A stretch of 30,640 nucleotides of DNA. It comes from a virus (taxonomy: Duplodnaviria; Caudoviricetes). The position numbers were made by a program, and so were the translations under genes. Numbering within the stretch: the stretch's first letter is position 1; each line of letters begins with the position of its first letter. The notes beneath the pieces were generated by a model that saw only the letters and a list, made by a program, of their open reading frames with translations, did not search any database and was not told the DNA's origin. The stretch covers positions 1-30,640 of IMG/VR virus record IMGVR_UViG_3300020045_001088. One strand, 5' to 3'. Below are positions 25,756 to 30,640 of this stretch, piece after piece.

Positions 25756-25980
25756 ATGAAACTATTTATCGAAGAAATACAAAAAGAACTATCGGCCTTT
25801 GTTCAAGAAATGGAGGCCACTAAGGAGCATGGCGGAGGAATTGAAATGGAGATTCACATAGGTCAAGATGTAGATTACATCTGCCGAGTAGGCAACTCCG
25901 TTGACACCGTGTCTGCAAGCGGAAAAACCATGCACGAGGCGTATTGGAAAGCGGTAGTTAAATACGAAAGTCAGCCATGA
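25756..25980 (+). CDS. Hypothetical protein
   Basis: First ORF after the promoter. Confidence 0.65.
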   Translation: MKLFIEEIQKELSAFVQEMEATKEHGGGIEMEIHIGQDVDYICRVGNSVDTVSASGKTMHEAYWKAVVKYESQP

Positions 25981-26153
25981 GCAGCGCAGCAAGAATGTTC
26001 TTAGAACAACGGGAACGGGAAACACAAGAAGAAATTTACAATCAACAATTTAATTCATATCAATCATGGCTATTACAGCAACAAACGAAGGAGGCGTCCA
26101 AACGCGAGAACAAGTACCGTCAGGCAATCACGTTGCCCGATGCGTTAAAATGA
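25977..26153 (+). CDS. Possible 58 aa ORF (not in the ORF track)
   Basis: ATGA-coupled, but overlaps the next gene by 88 nt. Confidence 0.35.
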   Translation: MSSAARMFLEQRERETQEEIYNQQFNSYQSWLLQQQTKEASKRENKYRQAITLPDALK

Positions 26154-26716
26154 TTCACATAGGAACGGTAAATACCGAATACCTGGGTGAAGTCAAAGTA
26201 CAAAACAAAATCCGTATCGGCTGGGAATTACCCAACGAAACGAGGGTATTCAATCCAGACAAAGGTGAGCAGCCGATGGTGATTGAAAACACCTACACCC
26301 TGTCAATGCACGAAAAGGCAAGCCTACGGGCAATGCTTCAAAATTGGCGCGGTAAAGCGTTCACCGATGAAGAAGCGAAAGGCTTTGACGTGACTAAGTT
26401 GCTCGGGGTTCCCTGTATGCTTAACGTCATCCACAAGCCAAGTAAGGACGGCCAAAAGGTTTACGCCAACATTTCGGGAGTTACACCATTGCCCAAGGGC
26501 TTTGTTTGCCCCGAACAAGTGAACCCTACTTTTGAATTGAATTACGATGAATTTGACAAGGAGAAGTTTGATTCTTTACCCAAGTTCATACAGGAGGAAA
26601 TGCAAGATAGTGTCGAGTATAAGAAGATGAATGCGGTTAGTGGCCTTAGTTCTTTTATGACGGAGGACACGCCAAACAACTCACAAGCTGACGAGGACGA
26701 CCAACTTCCCTTCTGA
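26066..26716 (+). CDS. Probable single-stranded DNA-binding / replication protein
   Basis: G.HVARC..MIHIGT, YTLSMHEKA.LR..L..WRG, LLGVPC.LNV, YANI; SSB-like acidic tail DEDDQLPF. Confidence 0.65.
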   Translation: MAITATNEGGVQTREQVPSGNHVARCVKMIHIGTVNTEYLGEVKVQNKIRIGWELPNETRVFNPDKGEQPMVIENTYTLSMHEKASLRAMLQNWRGKAFTDEEAKGFDVTKLLGVPCMLNVIHKPSKDGQKVYANISGVTPLPKGFVCPEQVNPTFELNYDEFDKEKFDSLPKFIQEEMQDSVEYKKMNAVSGLSSFMTEDTPNNSQADEDDQLPF

Positions 26717-26979
26717 TGCCAATAATTGCAAGCGATAACGGATTTGAAGAAGGTGGCACGTTTGCCCAACGGGCGAGGGTTGAACACCTTCTTCATTCCG
26801 CTATCATTGACCCGGACTGCAAAGAGTCTATTTTGTTGCAACTCCATAGCATGAGTGTTGCAGAACTTGACCACCTCGTTGCAGAATTGCAGCAGTCACA
26901 ACTCAATCCTGTTACGGAGGTCGGCAGATACGGGCAAAAGGAATTGAACAAGCATATCAAAACAATATCGGGGTTATGA
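26716..26979 (+). CDS. Hypothetical protein
   Basis: Coupled at both ends. Confidence 0.6.
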   Translation: MPIIASDNGFEEGGTFAQRARVEHLLHSAIIDPDCKESILLQLHSMSVAELDHLVAELQQSQLNPVTEVGRYGQKELNKHIKTISGL

Positions 26980-27377
26980 AAGAAGTAGTACACATCACCA
27001 TGAAAGCGGGGAAAGTAGTGAAGGGTAATAACGCCCTTCACCACTTCCTGACCAAAGTAGATGGTGACTATATTTTGACCATTGAACCCGACAAGTTGAA
27101 GCGCACAAGCCCACAGAACCGATACTATCACGGGGTTGTGTTGCAGACCTTACGCCAATGCCTAACGGCCAATGGCCACAAGGTAAACGCTCAACAAGTG
27201 CATGACCTGATGAGGATGAAGTTCTTATCCGAAAAACTTGACGTAAACGGGCAATCAATTACTTCAATGCGTTCCACTACCGAATTGAATGTTGAGGAGT
27301 TTGGCGGGTACATTGATTCAATTGTTCAACTTGTGGCTGAATGGTTTGGGGTCGTGGTTCCCGAAAGCGAGTATTAA
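26976..27377 (+). CDS. NinB/Orf-like recombination protein
   Basis: KRTSPQNRYYHGVV..VHD..K..FL..STTELNVEEF..YID.I...A. Confidence 0.75.
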   Translation: MKEVVHITMKAGKVVKGNNALHHFLTKVDGDYILTIEPDKLKRTSPQNRYYHGVVLQTLRQCLTANGHKVNAQQVHDLMRMKFLSEKLDVNGQSITSMRSTTELNVEEFGGYIDSIVQLVAEWFGVVVPESEY

Positions 27378-27394
27378 TCAATAAAAATAAAAAG

Positions 27395-27652
27395 ATGGCA
27401 ACAATGACTAAAGGCAATGTAATTGTCGAAAACATTAAAATAGGCGACATTCACTACGAATTTGAATTAGCCTATGGTTGTGAAAGCGAGGTTATTTCTT
27501 TGCCTGTAAGGAGTGATGACGGGTATTGGACATGGCAAAGTAAAAATCTTTTAAGTGGCAAGGTTATCAAGTACGGGGTTCGTGAGGGTATGGAGCATTA
27601 CGGCCCAAACCTTTATGACTACAAAGCATACCAAGTAAAGGGATGGATTTAA
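27395..27652 (+). CDS. Hypothetical protein
   Basis: ATG 27395 after an A-rich leader. Confidence 0.65.
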   Translation: MATMTKGNVIVENIKIGDIHYEFELAYGCESEVISLPVRSDDGYWTWQSKNLLSGKVIKYGVREGMEHYGPNLYDYKAYQVKGWI

Positions 27653-27693
27653 CACCCCTTAACATTTACGATTGTAAGCGCGGGGTATATTTG
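27648..27693 (+). promoter_or_regulatory. Promoter with tandem TTAACA boxes driving the tRNA/ncRNA region
   Basis: 22 nt repeat plus TATATTTG at 27686-27693. Confidence 0.75.
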
Positions 27694-27785
27694 TGGTACA
27701 AATTAAGATGTTGCCGGGTAGCTCCCGGATGAACTACGGAGAGCCGCGGGGAAGCCGTAGAGAGATTGACAAAATTGCCCGCCCA

Positions 27786-27858
27786 GTCGAGATAGCTCAT
27801 TGGTGAGAGCGCGTCATTGTTAATGACAAGGTAGGTGGTTCGATTCCATCTCTCGGCA
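27786..27858 (+). tRNA. tRNA with GTT (Asn) anticodon and Thr-like body; CCA not encoded
   Basis: Acceptor GTCGAGA/TCTCGGC, D arm GCTC/GAGC, anticodon arm CGTCA-TTGTTAA-TGACA, T arm GGTGG-TTCGATT-CCATC, discriminator A. Confidence 0.88.
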
Positions 27859-27867
27859 CAACTTACA

Positions 27868-28008
27868 GGGGGAACAACTGCCCAAGATTGGTCACGGATG
27901 ATTGACGGAGTGTTGACGTGGCGTTAAGGATAAACAACCGTTGGCAGCCCCCGCTTACGATGGACGAAAGGGATAGACCTTTGGCGGCCCGGAAAGACGG
28001 GCATTTTT
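27868..28008 (+). ncRNA. Candidate structured RNA downstream of the tRNA
   Basis: GGGGG..CTGCCCAA / TTGGCAG-CCCCC closing helix with inner hairpins; terminal GCCCG-GAAAGA-CGGGC then ATTTTT. Confidence 0.45.
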
Positions 28009-28033
28009 ACGAAACAATTTAATCGAAATAAGG

Positions 28034-28279
28034 ATGGAAACAATTAGAATTAAATCATTAACCGTTCAAGTAACTTATCAAGTTGGTCTTGGTGAGATTG
28101 ATATTCCTGTTGAAGTTTACAATGAACTTGCCAATGCCTATGATGACGGAGAAGAAATAGACTCAACCACGCCTCGGTATTTTGTTGCTGCTGAATGGTT
28201 ATCGGACAATATAAAAGAGGCTGATTGTTGTTCTTGGCAAGTAGAGGTGCAAGACTTAGATTTTAACGAAACAGAATAA
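28034..28279 (+). CDS. Acidic hypothetical protein
   Basis: ORF with an A-rich leader; 2 nt from the next gene. Confidence 0.65.
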   Translation: METIRIKSLTVQVTYQVGLGEIDIPVEVYNELANAYDDGEEIDSTTPRYFVAAEWLSDNIKEADCCSWQVEVQDLDFNETE

Positions 28280-28281
28280 TT

Positions 28282-28524
28282 ATGTTTATAGAACACCAAT
28301 TTGAACTCACCGATTTCACCCTTGAAGTTAAAAGTGACTTCTGGGTTGACATTGAAAAAGAAACACGCGACACTCCCGAAAGCGTTACCGTCAACTATTC
28401 AGAAACAACGGTATGCAAGGTCACGGAAAGCGGTGACAGGACTTTTGTTTCTGTCAATACCTTAACGAGTGAGCAATGGGAAGAACTTGAAGATTTATGT
28501 ATTAACAAATGGAATAACGAATGA
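28282..28524 (+). CDS. Acidic hypothetical protein
   Basis: Operon spacing; ETRDTP motif. Confidence 0.65.
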   Translation: MFIEHQFELTDFTLEVKSDFWVDIEKETRDTPESVTVNYSETTVCKVTESGDRTFVSVNTLTSEQWEELEDLCINKWNNE

Positions 28525-28775
28525 AACATTACATCACTAAATATTCATTGACTGGCGGGCGTATTGAGATTCACGAAACTAAACCGCTTGCGAACACATC
28601 AGATTATGTTATGTCGTTTCATTTAAGCGGGGTGCTGCGGGTTGGTGTGGACGCGTGTGAAACAGAGTCCGAAGCCCTTAAAGCGGTAGAAATCAACCGC
28701 CAAAAAAAGATTGCAAGCCTTAAAAAGCAGATTGAAAAACTTGAAAAACTCACTTTCAAAATAGTAGAAGAATGA
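28521..28775 (+). CDS. Hypothetical phage protein
   Basis: YITKYSLT.G.I..KKIASLKKQIEKLEKL pattern; ATGA-coupled. Confidence 0.7.
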   Translation: MKHYITKYSLTGGRIEIHETKPLANTSDYVMSFHLSGVLRVGVDACETESEALKAVEINRQKKIASLKKQIEKLEKLTFKIVEE

Positions 28776-29266
28776 AAACAATTATCAACAATTTAGACGG
28801 AACGGTAACTATTGACGGGGTGACTTATGTCGCACAAATCCCGAGCGTAACCCCCGAAACACCCAAGCCAAAACTGCCTGAAAGATGGGAAGATTTGAAA
28901 GAGATTGAAGGCGTATACATTACATCCGGTTCGGGAACTGGGATTTGCCCAAGTTCGCCCACAAGAAGAGATGCCCGAAACATTTTTAGCTCGAAAGCCT
29001 ACGCCCAAAGCGCATTAGCCTTTGCCCAACTTAGCCAACTTTACGAGGCTTGGAAAAGGATTGAGTTTCCTGATTGGGTGGCGGATTGGGCTGATTCTAA
29101 TCAAATGAAGTATTGCCCCACTTTTTATGAGAAAAACCTTTCAGTATTTCATACCGCTATTGATATTAGCTTCTTCCCATTCCCATTCAAAGACCTTTGC
29201 CAAGCCTTCATCGGTTGCCCCGAAATCGCGTCTTTGTTACGAACCTTTTATATGATTGAGCAATGA
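28772..29266 (+). CDS. Hypothetical phage protein
   Basis: LPERWEDL..ALAFAQLSQL..W.ADW....KY pattern; ATGA-coupled. Confidence 0.7.
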   Translation: MKTIINNLDGTVTIDGVTYVAQIPSVTPETPKPKLPERWEDLKEIEGVYITSGSGTGICPSSPTRRDARNIFSSKAYAQSALAFAQLSQLYEAWKRIEFPDWVADWADSNQMKYCPTFYEKNLSVFHTAIDISFFPFPFKDLCQAFIGCPEIASLLRTFYMIEQ

Positions 29267-29445
29267 GAGATTACTTAGCGACCTTACTTGTAGCCGCCTT
29301 TGCCGTGTTTTCCTTTGTGATTGTCGGGCACTACAAATCAGAACAATCATATCAACTTGCGGGATACTGGTTTGGTCTTGGTTTACTTATGGCCTGCCTT
29401 TTCCTTGCAAGACTTTTAGAAATCTCTAACCGAAAAAACAAATGA
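29263..29445 (+). CDS. Small protein with two transmembrane helices
   Basis: Two hydrophobic segments and a basic C-terminus. Confidence 0.6.
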   Translation: MRDYLATLLVAAFAVFSFVIVGHYKSEQSYQLAGYWFGLGLLMACLFLARLLEISNRKNK

Positions 29446-29990
29446 AAAACGCACCTTTCTACCTAACGGGAATATTTATGGTAACGGCTATGGCTTGTAC
29501 CAAGTATGACTTCCGACCTTCACAACCTTTCGAGAGTAACCCCGCAATGATGGAACTACTCCCTTACAACTATTCCAACTTCAGATTGGATTTCGGGGCT
29601 GAGAGATGGCTTGCTTTTGATTCAATTAGCTTTGGCCGTATGTTGACATACAACGGGGAAAATGCAACGCCCTACGGGTTTGAGTTGGACAACTCCATCC
29701 CCGTCACTAATACTGATATAAACACGGCCGCGATGTGGTACGGTGGGCAGATTCCTGTTGAACTATTTATCTATGAATTTGACCTGATAAATACCTTCAG
29801 TTCGGGTGCGGTTATATCCAACACAACAGACATTACAATAGGCCAACTGACAATCCCCACGGGAACGATGTGGACGCTTTCAAAGTCTTTGAACGATGAA
29901 GATTTAGAAACACAAGATTGTTGCTTTTACACCTTTTGGTGTGAGCCGCAAACAACAGGGGTAAAGCCAAGGTGGTATTATTCGAGGTAA
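29442..29990 (+). CDS. Putative lipoprotein
   Basis: MKN + hydrophobic stretch + AMA-C lipobox at Cys19. Confidence 0.6.
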   Translation: MKNAPFYLTGIFMVTAMACTKYDFRPSQPFESNPAMMELLPYNYSNFRLDFGAERWLAFDSISFGRMLTYNGENATPYGFELDNSIPVTNTDINTAAMWYGGQIPVELFIYEFDLINTFSSGAVISNTTDITIGQLTIPTGTMWTLSKSLNDEDLETQDCCFYTFWCEPQTTGVKPRWYYSR

Positions 29991-30017
29991 TAACGTATTA
30001 ATTAAAAAACAAAAAAA

Positions 30018-30317
30018 ATGATTATTATTTACTCACTACTTGCTCTTATCGCTATCATGGAGTTGAGTACCTTTATTATTTACGGAGGATTCATTTCTAA
30101 ACAAATAGAAGAAGTTTATATGGACTTAGATGAGAGCGCACTTAGGCTCAACCCGTATGACCACGGCATACTATGTACAAATCCATACATTGCTTCTGTG
30201 CCTTTTAGCGTTTTTGCCAAATATCATATTTCGGGCATTGGCAGAGTTCCAAGGTGGTCAAAACTACACAAAAGGATTAATGAGTATTTTGCTATTGCAG
30301 CCAAAAACGGCCTTTAA
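30018..30317 (+). CDS. Membrane-anchored hypothetical protein
   Basis: Hydrophobic N-terminus; AT-rich. Confidence 0.65.
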   Translation: MIIIYSLLALIAIMELSTFIIYGGFISKQIEEVYMDLDESALRLNPYDHGILCTNPYIASVPFSVFAKYHISGIGRVPRWSKLHKRINEYFAIAAKNGL

Positions 30318-30321
30318 CCAA

Positions 30322-30366
30322 TTAACAAACACTAACATCCCCGATATGAAAATCGGGGTAAATTTG
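30322..30366 (+). promoter_or_regulatory. Promoter TTAACA-N4-CTAACA-N21-TAAATTTG with an internal palindrome
   Basis: Same geometry as the other TTAACA promoters; CCCCGAT/ATCGGGG in the spacer. Confidence 0.65.
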
Positions 30367-30371
30367 GGATT

Positions 30372-30596
30372 ATGAAACTAATATTTAGAACATCAGAAAT
30401 TTTAATTGAAGAAATAAACTCGGAGAATCTTACCGCAGAGATTGCTCAAAGGATAAAAAGCAGCTATGACTACAATGGATTGGTTGAAATATCTATAAGG
30501 TTTGCGACAGCCGCTCGCGTAAAAGATGCCGAAGACCTTAGCAACATTGACAACAAGTTGGTAGAATCCGTAACGATAACAATGGTGAACCAATGA
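30372..30596 (+). CDS. Hypothetical protein
   Basis: ATG 5 nt after the -7 box; ATGA-coupled to the next ORF. Confidence 0.6.
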   Translation: MKLIFRTSEILIEEINSENLTAEIAQRIKSSYDYNGLVEISIRFATAARVKDAEDLSNIDNKLVESVTITMVNQ

Positions 30597-30640
30597 CACA
30601 AACAGACATAGACAAACTTTCTAAGGTACTCAACTCCACG
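30593..30640 (+). CDS. Partial ORF running off the window end (MTQTDIDKLSKVLNST...)
   Basis: ATGA overlap; open to the last base. Confidence 0.5.
   Translation, partial: MTQTDIDKLSKVLNST

Noticed and set aside
27840-27860. tRNA 3' end as attP
   Set aside because: The tRNA is full length and no integrase is present in the window.
27859-27930. Theta (HDV-like), pistol or hammerhead ribozyme next to the tRNA
   Set aside because: I could not fit the nested pseudoknot or conserved catalytic cores by eye.
29991-30340. Second TAAC cassette around ORF 30018-30317
   Set aside because: TAAC occurs on both sides but there are no hairpin arms or GTTA inverse end; the right-hand TAACs are explained by the promoter boxes.
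1-30640. CRISPR array, IS element, integrase, repressor
   Set aside because: No regularly spaced repeats, transposase, recombinase or CI-like motifs were recognised.

Overview
This 30.6 kb window is most or all of a small tailed-phage (siphovirus-like) genome. Repeated TAnnTTTG (-7) promoter boxes and A-rich, Shine-Dalgarno-poor start regions point to a Bacteroidota host. Two divergent arms start near 19.75-19.96 kb and converge near 2.55-2.6 kb. The minus-strand morphogenesis/lysis arm runs terS, terL, frameshifted tail chaperone, tail-completion/lectin fusion, holins, endolysin, tail proteins, tape measure, protease, scaffold, capsid, tail tube, portal and adaptor. The plus-strand arm carries a replication initiator, primase-helicase, SSB-like and NinB-like proteins, YopX, an ECF-like sigma factor, a tRNA and many small ORFs. 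I saw no integrase, repressor, DNA polymerase or reverse transcriptase. The most striking unexplained element is a 342 bp single-gene cassette (25271-25616). It is bounded by TAAC, carries a split attC-like hairpin partly encoded inside its own ORF, and sits at a promoter's start site with no recombinase in cis. Also notable are a fixed-spacing TTAACA-box promoter regulon, a C4/CI-like structured leader coupled to the replication operon, a Thr-like tRNA with an Asn anticodon inside a structured RNA cluster, and a (TCAGGG)n tract. All family assignments come from motif recognition by eye; no database search was run.
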